A stretch of DNA of 64,000 nt from a virus (IMGVR_UViG_3300021167_000382:1-64000); one strand, 5' to 3'. Shown: positions 1 to 10,159, numbered from the stretch's first letter. The notes: generated from the sequence alone by a model not told the origin. A program made the numbers and translations.

Positions 1-1
1 C

Positions 2-340
2 GCGGTTTCATATTTTCGATGGAAAAGCAATAACGGCATTAACTGGTCCGATGACGGATTACTCCAAAATCCTTTCTATAACACGAATGTGGTTTACTCG
101 AAAGGACAATATGTTCGTGTTGGTAGTAACGGCATGGTTCAAAAATCCCCAGATGCGGTAGAGTGGTCTGGTGGTGGTTATGGTATTCCTGCACCAAGTA
201 CCAAGCTAGTCGCTAAGGGTGATTCACTGGCTTACGGTACAGCGAATGGTTATCTAGTTTACAGTAATGACGGCGGTTTCACGTGGTCGCAGCGTTTCAT
301 CACAGCAGGCGCTAACTTCGGTAGTGTTCTATTGGTATAA
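2..340 (+). CDS. 5'-truncated beta-propeller/Asp-box repeat protein, paralog of the next two genes
   Basis: The frame is open from the window start. It has an SxDGGxTW Asp-box and shares PSTKLVAKG..YGT..GYLVYS with 426..1313 and 1340..2248. Confidence 0.75.
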   Translation, partial: AVSYFRWKSNNGINWSDDGLLQNPFYNTNVVYSKGQYVRVGSNGMVQKSPDAVEWSGGGYGIPAPSTKLVAKGDSLAYGTANGYLVYSNDGGFTWSQRFITAGANFGSVLLV

Positions 341-345
341 ATAAC

Positions 346-382
346 GATGATACGAGCTAGGGATTCCCTAGCTCGTATCATC
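346..382 (+). terminator. 17-bp perfect stem-loop
   Basis: gatgatacgagctaggg-att-ccctagctcgtatcatc immediately after the stop codon; no U tract. Confidence 0.55.
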
Positions 383-425
383 AAAATGAAAATTCAATGG
401 TTACTTACTACTAAAGGAAATAGAA

Positions 426-1313
426 ATGCGACGAATTGCACGACTAGGTGGTCGTAGAAATACCCCACCTCAACTCGGTGAGTCTAATACATTAGCCATT
501 GGTTACCAAATAAACAATAAAGGGTGGGTTAAGTTCACCAATTTTAGCGATTTAACCACAGGTGCGGGATCTGGAGTATCTCCTACAGACTCAATCTATG
601 CCGATGGTAAAATATTAGTCGTCGGCTACCAAAACTCTATCAGTACTGACTCTTTGATATACACACCCCAAAGTGGTGCTGGTGCGCATAGTTTCAGATC
701 AGTTGCGTATGGTAATGGAAAATTCGTCGCGGTGACTGATTCAAATACAGTACTCTATAGTACAGATGGTGCGAGTTGGACATTAGCAGTCACTCCACTA
801 AGGACATCGTTGAACCTCACTGCTCCGTCAGTTTGTTTTGGTGATGGTAAGTTCATCATCTCTGGTGGTGATGGTAAGGTTATTAAGAGCATAGATGGCG
901 TCAATTGGATTACAGTAGCTACCGGAATACTTCTCGGCCCTGTCAGTTATGTGAATGGAAAGTGGTTCGGTGTCGCTAAAAGTAAAGCTACAAAATATAC
1001 CAGTAACGATGGTGAAACGTGGTCATCAACAGTGCTTTATTATAATAATGACTATAGTAACGTTGTCTATTCAAATGGAGAATACAAGACGATTCGTTAT
1101 GACGGATATCTCTCTGTCAGCACAGATGGTATTAACTGGACAACCAGTGTAGCCGGATTATCTATTCCTAGTACAAAGTTAGTTGCTAAGGGACTGGATC
1201 TAATATATGGAAGCAGTGATGGATATCTTGTTTACAGTCGGAATGGCGGACTAAGCTGGACTCAGAAATATCTTGGCTCTGGTTTTAACTTCAAATCAAT
1301 GCTGATAATTTAA
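426..1313 (+). CDS. Asp-box (BNR-like) beta-propeller protein, probably tail-associated
   Basis: Repeated SxDGxxW and VAYGNGKFV motifs; RBS aaggaa; MRRIARL leader. Confidence 0.7.
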   Translation: MRRIARLGGRRNTPPQLGESNTLAIGYQINNKGWVKFTNFSDLTTGAGSGVSPTDSIYADGKILVVGYQNSISTDSLIYTPQSGAGAHSFRSVAYGNGKFVAVTDSNTVLYSTDGASWTLAVTPLRTSLNLTAPSVCFGDGKFIISGGDGKVIKSIDGVNWITVATGILLGPVSYVNGKWFGVAKSKATKYTSNDGETWSSTVLYYNNDYSNVVYSNGEYKTIRYDGYLSVSTDGINWTTSVAGLSIPSTKLVAKGLDLIYGSSDGYLVYSRNGGLSWTQKYLGSGFNFKSMLII

Positions 1314-1339
1314 CCCTGTTATCTTTAAAGGAAATAGAA

Positions 1340-2248
1340 ATGCGTCGCATAGCTCGACTAGCATCACGTAAAAAAGAAAGCTTAATACTGAACGGATTGC
1401 TTAACGCGACCGACACGCTCCTTATCGGTTATCGTGATGGTTCAAATGGTTGGTATCGTATAAAAAACTTTGTCAGTACCACAATAAAAACTGGCTACAG
1501 CTCAGGAGTCATGGTTAGTGATTCAGTTTATGCAAATGGAAAAATCTTCACAGTAGGACATACGGGTTCTTCAAGCATCGACGGAGATAAATACACCATA
1601 ACACCAGGCGGCGGCAATCTGATATTTTCATCAGTTGCCTATGGGAATGGTATATTCGTAGGGATAACTAGCGATGTAAGAATTGCCTATAGCTATGATG
1701 GCATTAATTGGACAGGATTCTATATCCCCGGATCAGTAGGAATAATTTCTGGAAGGAAACCATCCGTCTGCTTTGGTAATGGAAAATTCATCGCTTATGC
1801 AAATACTGACCAAGTATTAACAAGTACTGATGGTATTAACTGGACGCAGACAAGTTCAACACCCCTTGGAACTATCAGCTATGCTAATGATATGTGGTTC
1901 GGTACAGGTACTACACCTGGAAATAAATATCGCAGTCAGTGGGGTGTTTCATGGGAAACTGTCCCTAATTTAACATTCAACACGGCATATACAAATGTCG
2001 TCTATTCTAATGGAAAATATATCATTCTTTCCATGAATGGGTATGTATATCGAAGTAGTGATGGTATTACTTGGTCATTGTACAATGGTCAACACCCAAC
2101 ACCGAGTACAAAACTAGTGGTTAAGGGTTTAACCATAGCCTATGGCACATCGGATGGTTATATCGTCTATAGTCGCGATGGAGGTGCTTCGTGGGCACAG
2201 ATATTTACAAGCTCTGCCTATAATTTCAGATCTTTACTTATGATTTAA
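1340..2248 (+). CDS. Asp-box beta-propeller protein, paralog of 426..1313
   Basis: Colinear similarity with the previous gene and the same taaaggaaatagaaATGCG start context. Confidence 0.7.
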   Translation: MRRIARLASRKKESLILNGLLNATDTLLIGYRDGSNGWYRIKNFVSTTIKTGYSSGVMVSDSVYANGKIFTVGHTGSSSIDGDKYTITPGGGNLIFSSVAYGNGIFVGITSDVRIAYSYDGINWTGFYIPGSVGIISGRKPSVCFGNGKFIAYANTDQVLTSTDGINWTQTSSTPLGTISYANDMWFGTGTTPGNKYRSQWGVSWETVPNLTFNTAYTNVVYSNGKYIILSMNGYVYRSSDGITWSLYNGQHPTPSTKLVVKGLTIAYGTSDGYIVYSRDGGASWAQIFTSSAYNFRSLLMI

Positions 2249-2273
2249 TTCGACCAACTCTTTAAGGATAGAA

Positions 2274-2657
2274 ATGCGTCGCATCTCTCGTTTAGCTCGA
2301 TCTAAGTCAGGACCTAAATCTATCCAAACGCCTACGTTGATACTGATCAGTAATGTACATGGGCCTTCTGGAAATGCTCCTTATAGTTCTATATTCACTC
2401 CAATTAACTTCACTGGGATTCATGAAAGTAGTGATTGGGAATGCTATCTCAATGCCAATCTTTCGCCAACTGAACTCGTTTACACTACAAATAATGACCC
2501 ATCAGCACTTCGAATGATCAATTCAGATGACATTTTGAGTCTCTATTATTCCTTTGGCGACATGGTGTTATATGTACGAGTAAGACATCGGTCTCAAAAC
2601 ATGGTCAGTGATTGGTCCGCTACCTTTGGATGGTATGTTCCTGGGGGTTGGTTCTAA
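2274..2657 (+). CDS. Stand-alone tail-fibre module (Fn3/Ig-like) with MRRISRL leader
   Basis: FTPINFTGIHESSDW...YVRVRHRSQNMVSDWS matches the last module of 10160..13348. Confidence 0.7.
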   Translation: MRRISRLARSKSGPKSIQTPTLILISNVHGPSGNAPYSSIFTPINFTGIHESSDWECYLNANLSPTELVYTTNNDPSALRMINSDDILSLYYSFGDMVLYVRVRHRSQNMVSDWSATFGWYVPGGWF

Positions 2658-2669
2658 AGTAATTCGACA

Positions 2670-2707
2670 CTGTCACCCACCACGGCTAAAGCCGTGGTGG
2701 GTGACAG
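2670..2707. terminator. 17-bp stem-loop between convergent genes
   Basis: ctgtcacccaccacggc-taaa-gccgtggtgggtgacag. Confidence 0.6.
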
Positions 2708-2712
2708 ATCCA

Positions 2713-3090
2713 TCACTTCTTCTTTTCTTCCAGCAAGTTCTTCACCCGAAGATCTTCATCAGCATTGAACTGATCCACTGTCGCTTTTTGCTTAGTCAAC
2801 ATCGTCTTCAATGTTAACTTATCCAAACTGCATCGCTTATTATCCAAGATCAAGTCAGCGATATAGCCTGTCAGTAGCGCTTCCTTCTGATCACGATTCA
2901 CCTGAACATAGGAAGCAATCGGTGGCGGGGTCGTTTCATGGCAAGGTTCCAGTAAGGAACTATCCACACTCACCACCACCATCGTACGCTTCTCGATGAC
3001 TTCATGTCGAATCAGAGCATCCGGTACACAAGCGCTCAACCCAAACACCATGAATACTGCCAATACTGCAGTCAACAAAATACGTTGCAT
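2713..3090 (-). CDS. Outer-membrane spanin (Rz1-like lipoprotein)
   Basis: Signal peptide with lipobox LSA-C, an LLEPC..PPP motif and a second Cys; directly follows an i-spanin-like gene. Confidence 0.7.
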   Translation of the reverse strand: MQRILLTAVLAVFMVFGLSACVPDALIRHEVIEKRTMVVVSVDSSLLEPCHETTPPPIASYVQVNRDQKEALLTGYIADLILDNKRCSLDKLTLKTMLTKQKATVDQFNADEDLRVKNLLEEKKK

Positions 3091-3091
3091 G

Positions 3092-3595
3092 TCATTTCTC
3101 CTTTACAGAGATTGCCGAGGGTAGCTTTGCAGCCAAACCTTGATTGATGTTAGTGTAATCGATCTGATAGATATTCCAGATATACTCGATGCGCATCTGG
3201 GAGTTCTTCAGTTCAAAGTCCGTGGCTTTTCCGACTTGGAGGTCAGGAAGTACAGAAGGAAGTTTATAACTGAGACGCTTCGCGGTATCCTCGAGTTCAC
3301 GAATCCGCTTTTCACGAAGGGTGCGTTCCTTGTCATTATCTTCATTGATCTTAGTCAGTACCTCGATCTGTTTATTCAGGGTATTGTTTTCATGAGAAAG
3401 GCGTTCATTCTCGGTTTCCAACCCTTCAATCGCGACCTTTTGAGAAGCGATCACACCACCTTGAGTTTCAATCTTCTCCATCATTCCTTTGCGTTCTTGA
3501 TAGAGGAAGAAACCACCGACACCCACTACGATCAATAAGGTAACGAGTAGATAAGCTGTCAGCGTAAAACCTGCTTGATTCTTAACGGAATTCAT
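3092..3595 (-). CDS. Inner-membrane spanin (Rz-like)
   Basis: Single N-terminal TM helix followed by a long coiled coil, upstream of the lipoprotein gene. Confidence 0.7.
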   Translation of the reverse strand: MNSVKNQAGFTLTAYLLVTLLIVVGVGGFFLYQERKGMMEKIETQGGVIASQKVAIEGLETENERLSHENNTLNKQIEVLTKINEDNDKERTLREKRIRELEDTAKRLSYKLPSVLPDLQVGKATDFELKNSQMRIEYIWNIYQIDYTNINQGLAAKLPSAISVKEK

Positions 3596-4179
3596 TTCTT
3601 GGGTTCTCCTAATGATAGTCGACGTGTGAAGTAGGTTACTCCCACACCTATGGCATCGATTGCATGTTCATCGAGAAAATCTAATTCGATATCTAAAAGG
3701 TCAAGGATGTCTTTTCGAGTACTCATAGCTTCACGAACTACATCTTTTCCTTTCTTACCAGCGACGCCTAGTGTGTGTTTAACTAACAAAGGCTCAACAG
3801 TCGAAAGACGGATGTTATTGTTATACTCCAGTATTTCTTTAAAGATGTCGTTAATCACTTCGGTCAGCACTGCAAAACTCGAAGGCATCAGTCTATTAAA
3901 AAAGGGGCTCTCTGATACAACTGAGATAGGGTCATGTGCCCTGATGAATTTCATCACGCCGGCCACCATCCGACCTCGCTTCATCGTTCGGTCTGGCGTA
4001 TAGTCATCATCCAGCGTGACCGTGTCAAGAACACGCTCTTCTTTTAAAGTCAATGCATGAATCCGCACTATCTTTAAAGGATAAGCTTCGATATCGAAAA
4101 TAGCAACACCGATGTTATTCAGACCTGGATCAAGCGCGATGATTTTGAATTGAGTATAAGTATCGGGAACAGGGAACAT
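3592..4179 (-). CDS. ruvC: Holliday junction resolvase, RuvC family
   Basis: IIALDPG, VVSESPF, PLLVK..G...K and DAIGVG catalytic motifs. The ATG at 4179 is preferred over the TTG at 4221, which would read through a palindrome. Confidence 0.85.
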   Translation of the reverse strand: MFPVPDTYTQFKIIALDPGLNNIGVAIFDIEAYPLKIVRIHALTLKEERVLDTVTLDDDYTPDRTMKRGRMVAGVMKFIRAHDPISVVSESPFFNRLMPSSFAVLTEVINDIFKEILEYNNNIRLSTVEPLLVKHTLGVAGKKGKDVVREAMSTRKDILDLLDIELDFLDEHAIDAIGVGVTYFTRRLSLGEPKK

Positions 4180-4187
4180 GGTGCATA

Positions 4188-4215
4188 AGGAGGAGAGGGA
4201 TATCCCTCTCCTCCT
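4188..4215. repeat. 28-bp perfect palindrome upstream of ruvC
   Basis: aggaggagagggat|atccctctcctcct. Confidence 0.85.
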
Positions 4216-4221
4216 GCTCAA

Positions 4222-5070
4222 TTAGATCGTAGCTTTGAGCAGTGGTTCGACATTACCAATGTCGAGATTCAGCTTGATGCCGTCCGTCTGAAATTCAGTC
4301 ACGTAAGCCGTAGCGATGAACGACGTGATCTGTGCACGGAGCACATCCACATACTGCTTAGTTTCACCATTAAAGATACCGTTCACATTGGCATCTACAC
4401 CAGCGACTACTGCCATTTCAGAGATCATTGCCCAACCTGATTCACCTTCGATAATTTCCATGGCACGGTTGAACTCTTGAAGATCACTGGCCGTCATCTC
4501 AAAAGTAACCTTGCAAGAGGAAGCGATGTAGTCACCTGTCGTAGTGACTGCCTGACCTGCGACCAGTACCGGCGGTGTGGGATTCAGATCTTCCAGCGAA
4601 GGAACGTAAGGCGTAGCGGTTGTAGCGCCGTTTTCTACATGGCGGAGTTCCATGCTAACTTCAGCATTGGAAAGATCCAACACACGCAGATAGTAAGCCA
4701 CGTACTGAACACCGTTATGGGTCTCAATGCGACGAAGCCGATACTTCTGACGTTCGACTGCAGTCAGGTCATCATCCACAGCACGAAGAACAAACGGAAG
4801 TTGGTTATACATGGCAGTGTGACGAGCGGTGTGGTGAACACCCTTCCACTTCTTACGACCATTCGCACCCACGATAAAGTCATGACCACCGTTACCGATA
4901 GCCACATACTTTACAGCCTGAACAGCATCCGACGGAATGTCCTGGTCACTATTGATACCCAGCTTCTGGTTCAACGTGCTATTGGTCAGCAGAGGAACCG
5001 GTTTACCCACATACTGACCCGTCTGAACTTGGCCAGCAATACCCGTACGTACAACATTAGCAGCACTCAC
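4222..5070 (-). CDS. Virion structural protein (phiKZ gp139-like, tentative)
   Basis: TLNQK, YVAIGNGGH, PFVLR..DDL and YY motifs typical of this conserved jumbo-phage protein; adjacent to the resolvase. Confidence 0.6.
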   Translation of the reverse strand: MSAANVVRTGIAGQVQTGQYVGKPVPLLTNSTLNQKLGINSDQDIPSDAVQAVKYVAIGNGGHDFIVGANGRKKWKGVHHTARHTAMYNQLPFVLRAVDDDLTAVERQKYRLRRIETHNGVQYVAYYLRVLDLSNAEVSMELRHVENGATTATPYVPSLEDLNPTPPVLVAGQAVTTTGDYIASSCKVTFEMTASDLQEFNRAMEIIEGESGWAMISEMAVVAGVDANVNGIFNGETKQYVDVLRAQITSFIATAYVTEFQTDGIKLNLDIGNVEPLLKATI

Positions 5071-5085
5071 AAGAACCTCCAGAAA

Positions 5086-7281
5086 TTAATAGATAGACTT
5101 CAAACTTGCAAATTGATCTTCTGTCAAAGAATTTAACAGCGTGTAACCATTTATCCCGTATAATGCATCCAGCGCTTCATCCTGTCCTTCATACGTAATG
5201 TCAGGGACCGTGGCAGTCGCAGTGTCATCAACAGAAGTTTCAAACGTAGAATCTAACCACTGCTCGGGAACGACGTCCATCGTAATCAGTAGATTCGACT
5301 GTGCTTGTTGTGCTTGAACCGCAGTCTGATCTTCATCAGTGGTTAGATATTGATTAACAGTTCCTTCACCGCCGATGTCATCGACTAATACCTCAGAATC
5401 GACATAACGCGTATCCGCTTGACCCAGACTAACGTCACCTAGACGCACTGCAGGCCAGTTAAGCAACACCATATCCGTTTCATTGATCTCACGTGTAAAC
5501 TGAATGGAATAACTGCTCAGTTCTTCAGTGAGCGAAAGCATCGCCTTCTGAACATTACTTAAACGACCGTAGATGTTATCCTTCACCCCTGTCGCTGCAC
5601 GATAGATCGCGATCATCAATGAAGCAGCTTCAGTGTATTCATAGTCGTAACGTGGAAGGTTCTTTTCAAACAACCAGGCATCCATGTTCGCTGCATTAAA
5701 GTTGAGCTGAATCCGCTCATCTTCAAAGAGTTGATTCACCATGTTATCAACCAATGCACGTTCATAGTAGTCTTCGGTTGAAGAGATAATGAACCAGTGA
5801 CGGTAGCATTCTTGGTATATCGCTGTTGCCAGTGTGTTGAACGATGACACGGAATAACAGGTGATCAGCGGGGGTTGATTCGCCAGTAGGTTGATAGCGA
5901 TTGATTCAAGATCGTGTTTTTCGGTGTCCACCACGCTCATCAAGTCTGAGAGACTCGGTTTCGGGTGTTTCCGTTGACGCATGTTCAGGTAGTTAGGTAC
6001 GATCTTAACATCGATCCCAATCATCATCAAAGAAATGTAGTACATGTAGATAAAGGCATCTTCTGCCTTCAAGCTATAGACGACAGAGCTCTTAGGGTCT
6101 TTAAAAGTGACGTAAGCGTCATAGAGTCCATTATTCGCCATATAGCACCACTGTCGAACAGCGACTTCTTCAAAAGTTTCAGGCACTGCGTTTGACAAAT
6201 CTGTCATAGAAGAATGCAGTACTTTTGTTTGAATAGCAGTACTCGGACCACGTCGCAGAAGGTCGATAGACTTCTCTTGACTTTGATCAAGGTAACGCGC
6301 ATTACCCGGTGTCATCAAGCGTTCACGATCATAGACTTCAGTGACCGCTTGAACCTTATCGTGGAATGCGTTCACTTGAGGGTTCAACGGATCAAGTCGA
6401 GCAACCACTGTAGGCTGGTAATCGACAAAGTCATCTGTTTGACGAACCGTATATCCACCAAGCGGAATCTGACGACTGGTTAGTAGACGGTCGATCAGAA
6501 TCTGAAACTGTTCAGAACGTCCAGCGTTTCGTTCGATATACCGCATGTTCCGGTATAGCCAAAGCATCTGCTTCAAATTGAGATAGGGAAGATAGCGATC
6601 CAGTTCAGCATGACTAGCTAGGAACATTCGAATATGGAAGCTATGGACTTCACTGGTATGACAACGGTGCCAACGTAAATTAATGAACTTCGTCAGCAGC
6701 TGCATATAGAGTTGCGTTAGAAAAGTCGATGCGTACAATGGTGAGGAGATGTTGAACTGGGTGTTATACCACCGAAAGAGAAGCTTCTCGATTTCTCGTT
6801 GCAGATCCTCTATCAGCGTAATCTCATTAACCTCAACCAAATCCTTACGATAAGCAAGGATAGTGCCGTCCTTACAATTGATTGCAGTCTGAAGATCCGC
6901 TGGGTTAAGAATACCGTTGATCAACCGAACTTGTTTGGGGTACTTACTAACGAGTGCGTAATAATCACGGGTTCCGTAGCTATAGGCGTCCGCGGTCGCC
7001 GTATGGATCTTGAGGTTGTCCTTCGTAAAAACGATCTCGTTGAGGGTATCTATTGAAACAACCCGCATCAGTTCGTCGGTTGGATGGTATTCGCCGCTGA
7101 TGTTGAGATAGTACTTCCAGGTCTCTGGATGGTCTATATCCACAGCAGTAGTGCCATGTACTCGAACGACTTCCTCATTCATCAACGATGCGAGGTCTGC
7201 AAGTTTGAATACCAGTGTCCGGATGAAGAGAAATGAATCGTCCAGATACTTCGAAACATATCCATTTTTAATATTTTTCAT
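5086..7281 (-). CDS. Virion baseplate/tail protein (phiKZ gp128-like)
   Basis: P.TWKYYLNISGEYH..D motif, 731 aa, divergent from the portal gene. Confidence 0.7.
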   Translation of the reverse strand: MKNIKNGYVSKYLDDSFLFIRTLVFKLADLASLMNEEVVRVHGTTAVDIDHPETWKYYLNISGEYHPTDELMRVVSIDTLNEIVFTKDNLKIHTATADAYSYGTRDYYALVSKYPKQVRLINGILNPADLQTAINCKDGTILAYRKDLVEVNEITLIEDLQREIEKLLFRWYNTQFNISSPLYASTFLTQLYMQLLTKFINLRWHRCHTSEVHSFHIRMFLASHAELDRYLPYLNLKQMLWLYRNMRYIERNAGRSEQFQILIDRLLTSRQIPLGGYTVRQTDDFVDYQPTVVARLDPLNPQVNAFHDKVQAVTEVYDRERLMTPGNARYLDQSQEKSIDLLRRGPSTAIQTKVLHSSMTDLSNAVPETFEEVAVRQWCYMANNGLYDAYVTFKDPKSSVVYSLKAEDAFIYMYYISLMMIGIDVKIVPNYLNMRQRKHPKPSLSDLMSVVDTEKHDLESIAINLLANQPPLITCYSVSSFNTLATAIYQECYRHWFIISSTEDYYERALVDNMVNQLFEDERIQLNFNAANMDAWLFEKNLPRYDYEYTEAASLMIAIYRAATGVKDNIYGRLSNVQKAMLSLTEELSSYSIQFTREINETDMVLLNWPAVRLGDVSLGQADTRYVDSEVLVDDIGGEGTVNQYLTTDEDQTAVQAQQAQSNLLITMDVVPEQWLDSTFETSVDDTATATVPDITYEGQDEALDALYGINGYTLLNSLTEDQFASLKSIY

Positions 7282-7295
7282 AGTGAGGCTCCGAA

Positions 7296-10094
7296 ATGGC
7301 TGGTGAAAGCAACGAACAAAGTATATTCATGACCGAACTCCGTTCGCTGGTTGAGAAGGCTTCTCATGATAGTGCGTATAACGGGGTTGGTATTACGAAA
7401 AGCCCTGCCATTGCAGCAATGATCTCTAAGCTCCATCAGCCGGTGGAGAGAAAGAACCTCGATCCTGCCGCTGAGAGCACGACGCTCCACTCTGTCTATC
7501 CTTCAGTCAGTCAGATCACACGTCAGGTTATGGGGCGTGTGGAGGATAATGAAAATACCTTTAAGTTATTCCCAGACATTGAACTGGCTGCACAGATCAT
7601 CATCAGCTCCATCGTATCGCCAAAGGATATGCTCAAGACGGAACTTAATTTTCGCCTGGATGCACCGAATTGGCCTCAAAGTTTGATTGCTAAAATCACG
7701 GATATTATCCGTGAAGAAGTGGTTGAGAACTACGGATTGGAAGATGAAGTTTATGATATTCTTCGGGATGCGTTGTTCATCGCAGGTAGTCATCCGAAAT
7801 TGATTCTTCCTGAAGCAGCGGTTGACCATGTCATTAATAATAGCAGCACGATTGCGACTGAGTCAATTAACTCAACCGGTCTCTTCAATAATGGCGATAT
7901 CCTCAGTGTGAAATCCATGGGGATTCTCGGTAATCCGCATCGTCCCGATGGTAAGGTTGTTAGTGCCTTGGAGAGCATCTTCTCGGTGCCAGCTGAACAG
8001 CTCGTCTACGATGCCGCTTTATATGTCGATCCGGATAGCATCTCAATCGATGAAGACGTCTTTTTGAAAGACAAGATTCTAGATCTGGCTCGTGATAACA
8101 CTTCAGTGATTGACAACGTTCAATACCTAAAGCTTCCTGAACTGATCAAGAAGGGTCAACGGGAACGCGTACTCACCGCTATCAGTGGCCGTGAATCACT
8201 TGCAGTCGGTGTCCTGGCAACTGAGTCATCGAAGTCTCTTCGAGAAGATGATAAGGCTAAGAAGATCACACCAGATCGTCTGAAAGGTGCGTTGTATAAG
8301 GGTGCTAAGGCAGGGTATAAACCTTATGTCCATGTACCAGGTTCTATGTCGCTCCGTCGTCGTAGTGTCGGTCGACCCCTGGTCATGAATCTTTCTGCTG
8401 AATCCGTGGTGCCAGTTTATACACCGGGTGACTATAAACGCCACATCGGTTACTTCATTGCTGTGGATGTGGACGGTAATCCCATTACGCTAGATAGTAC
8501 TGTGGCTGAATTTGGTCAGGGAATGTCCACGATCAATCAGTCTGATAAGACAAATAGCAGTACTTCTAGTCTTTTGACTGAACGCGCTGCTAAGAATATC
8601 CTGTCGGATAACTACACACCGGTGATTCAGGATATCGCGACCATTTACGCTGAAGTCATCGAACGTGACCTCGTACAGCGGTTGGCGAATGGTATCTACC
8701 ATCAAGAAGTTGAGATCGGTAAGAACATGGAAATCTACCGGGTGATGTTTACTCGAGCATTACAGAGTAAGGCAACGCGGTTGATTTATGTACCGGGCGA
8801 ATATGTCACTTACTTTGCTTTCAAATACCATCGTAATGGCGTTGGTCGTTCCTATTTGGATGACTTGGCAAACATCATCGGTATGCGTGCCATGGCGCTG
8901 TTCTCGTCACTCTGGGCAAAGGTACGTAGTTCTATTAGCACGGTGAAGACGACGATTAAGTTTGATCCGAAAGATCCTGATCCGGTTAAGACTATTGAAC
9001 TGGTGAAACATCTCATCGCTCGAAGCCGTCAGCAGTACTTCCCGAACGGGCTTCGTCGTGTAGCGGATTTCACAGACTGGATTCAGTCAGCTGGTATTCA
9101 GATTGGCTGGGAAGGGCATCCGAAACTTCCTGCGACCTCTTTGGATTTCGAAGCACAGAACGTGGACCACGTTCAACCAGATGACTCGTTGGAAGAAACG
9201 CTTCGCCATATGACCTATATGCACTTTGGTCTATCGCCTGAAACGGTTGACACTGCAGCACGCCAAGATTTCGCGACGACTGTGCAGCAACAAGGTGTGT
9301 TGTTCTCGAAGCGTATTCAAATGCTAGGTAAGGTCTTCGCGGTGGATCTCACAGACTACACGCAGAAACTCGCCATGAATGACGAGATCATCCAAAACCG
9401 CATCGTGGAAGTCTTTGAAGCACATAAGACAGATATTCAACGCATGCTGGAAGCCGAAGGCGTGACAATGGACACGGAAGATCACACTGAGAAAGTCGCA
9501 TTGACTCGTCGACTGATCGTGGATTTGATCAGTCGCATTCGTGTCTCTGTTCCTGAACCCGATACGACCAGCTTGGTCAACATGAAGAACGAAATCGAGA
9601 ACTATGAACAGTTGATCGATAAAGCGCTTGAATTCATTGCCAGTGATAAGGTACTTCCGAGTGACTTGGCCGGCGATGAAGCAGCGCAGTACATTCAGAA
9701 CATTCGTGAGGTCTGGAAAGCTGAGCTCATGCGTCGGTTCTTGAATGATAACAATGTGGTTCCTGAAGTCTTTGAGTTGGCGAGTAAAGATGACAAGGGA
9801 ATGCCGAGTACATTGATCAATGAAGTCGCTGCCGATCACTCTAAGACGATGATGGCGTTGGTCTTGGATCTACTTAACCGAATGAAGGAACCCCGTGAAG
9901 CGGTGACGGATGACCTTCAATCTATGAATACAGAACCGGGTGATGGTAGTGCGGATTCTTCGTACGATTCTAGTTCTGACTCAGACGCATCTTCTGATTC
10001 TGGGGGTGGTGATGACTTTGGTTCAGGGGATTTTGAAGAAATGCCTGGTGAAGGTGAAGAGCCAGGTGGTGCTGAAGAAACACCTGAAGTTTAA
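7296..10094 (+). CDS. Portal protein (phiKZ gp129-like)
   Basis: LFPDIELAAQI..SSI.SP.DM and HIGYF..D.DGNP motifs, 932 aa, ATES/ALES protease-type sites and an acidic tail. Confidence 0.75.
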   Translation: MAGESNEQSIFMTELRSLVEKASHDSAYNGVGITKSPAIAAMISKLHQPVERKNLDPAAESTTLHSVYPSVSQITRQVMGRVEDNENTFKLFPDIELAAQIIISSIVSPKDMLKTELNFRLDAPNWPQSLIAKITDIIREEVVENYGLEDEVYDILRDALFIAGSHPKLILPEAAVDHVINNSSTIATESINSTGLFNNGDILSVKSMGILGNPHRPDGKVVSALESIFSVPAEQLVYDAALYVDPDSISIDEDVFLKDKILDLARDNTSVIDNVQYLKLPELIKKGQRERVLTAISGRESLAVGVLATESSKSLREDDKAKKITPDRLKGALYKGAKAGYKPYVHVPGSMSLRRRSVGRPLVMNLSAESVVPVYTPGDYKRHIGYFIAVDVDGNPITLDSTVAEFGQGMSTINQSDKTNSSTSSLLTERAAKNILSDNYTPVIQDIATIYAEVIERDLVQRLANGIYHQEVEIGKNMEIYRVMFTRALQSKATRLIYVPGEYVTYFAFKYHRNGVGRSYLDDLANIIGMRAMALFSSLWAKVRSSISTVKTTIKFDPKDPDPVKTIELVKHLIARSRQQYFPNGLRRVADFTDWIQSAGIQIGWEGHPKLPATSLDFEAQNVDHVQPDDSLEETLRHMTYMHFGLSPETVDTAARQDFATTVQQQGVLFSKRIQMLGKVFAVDLTDYTQKLAMNDEIIQNRIVEVFEAHKTDIQRMLEAEGVTMDTEDHTEKVALTRRLIVDLISRIRVSVPEPDTTSLVNMKNEIENYEQLIDKALEFIASDKVLPSDLAGDEAAQYIQNIREVWKAELMRRFLNDNNVVPEVFELASKDDKGMPSTLINEVAADHSKTMMALVLDLLNRMKEPREAVTDDLQSMNTEPGDGSADSSYDSSSDSDASSDSGGGDDFGSGDFEEMPGEGEEPGGAEETPEV

Positions 10095-10105
10095 TAAATG
10101 ATGGT

Positions 10106-10139
10106 AGATACCTGGGAGGCTTCTGCCTCCCAGGTATCT
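10106..10139. terminator. 15-bp stem-loop between convergent genes
   Basis: agatacctgggaggc-ttct-gcctcccaggtatct. Confidence 0.6.
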
Positions 10140-10159
10140 TATCGCTTGTCTTACTTGAA

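Noticed and set aside
2-2657. Diversity-generating retroelement acting on the tandem paralogs or fibres
   Set aside because: There is no reverse transcriptase in the window, and no near-identical TR/VR pair with adenine-specific differences was seen.
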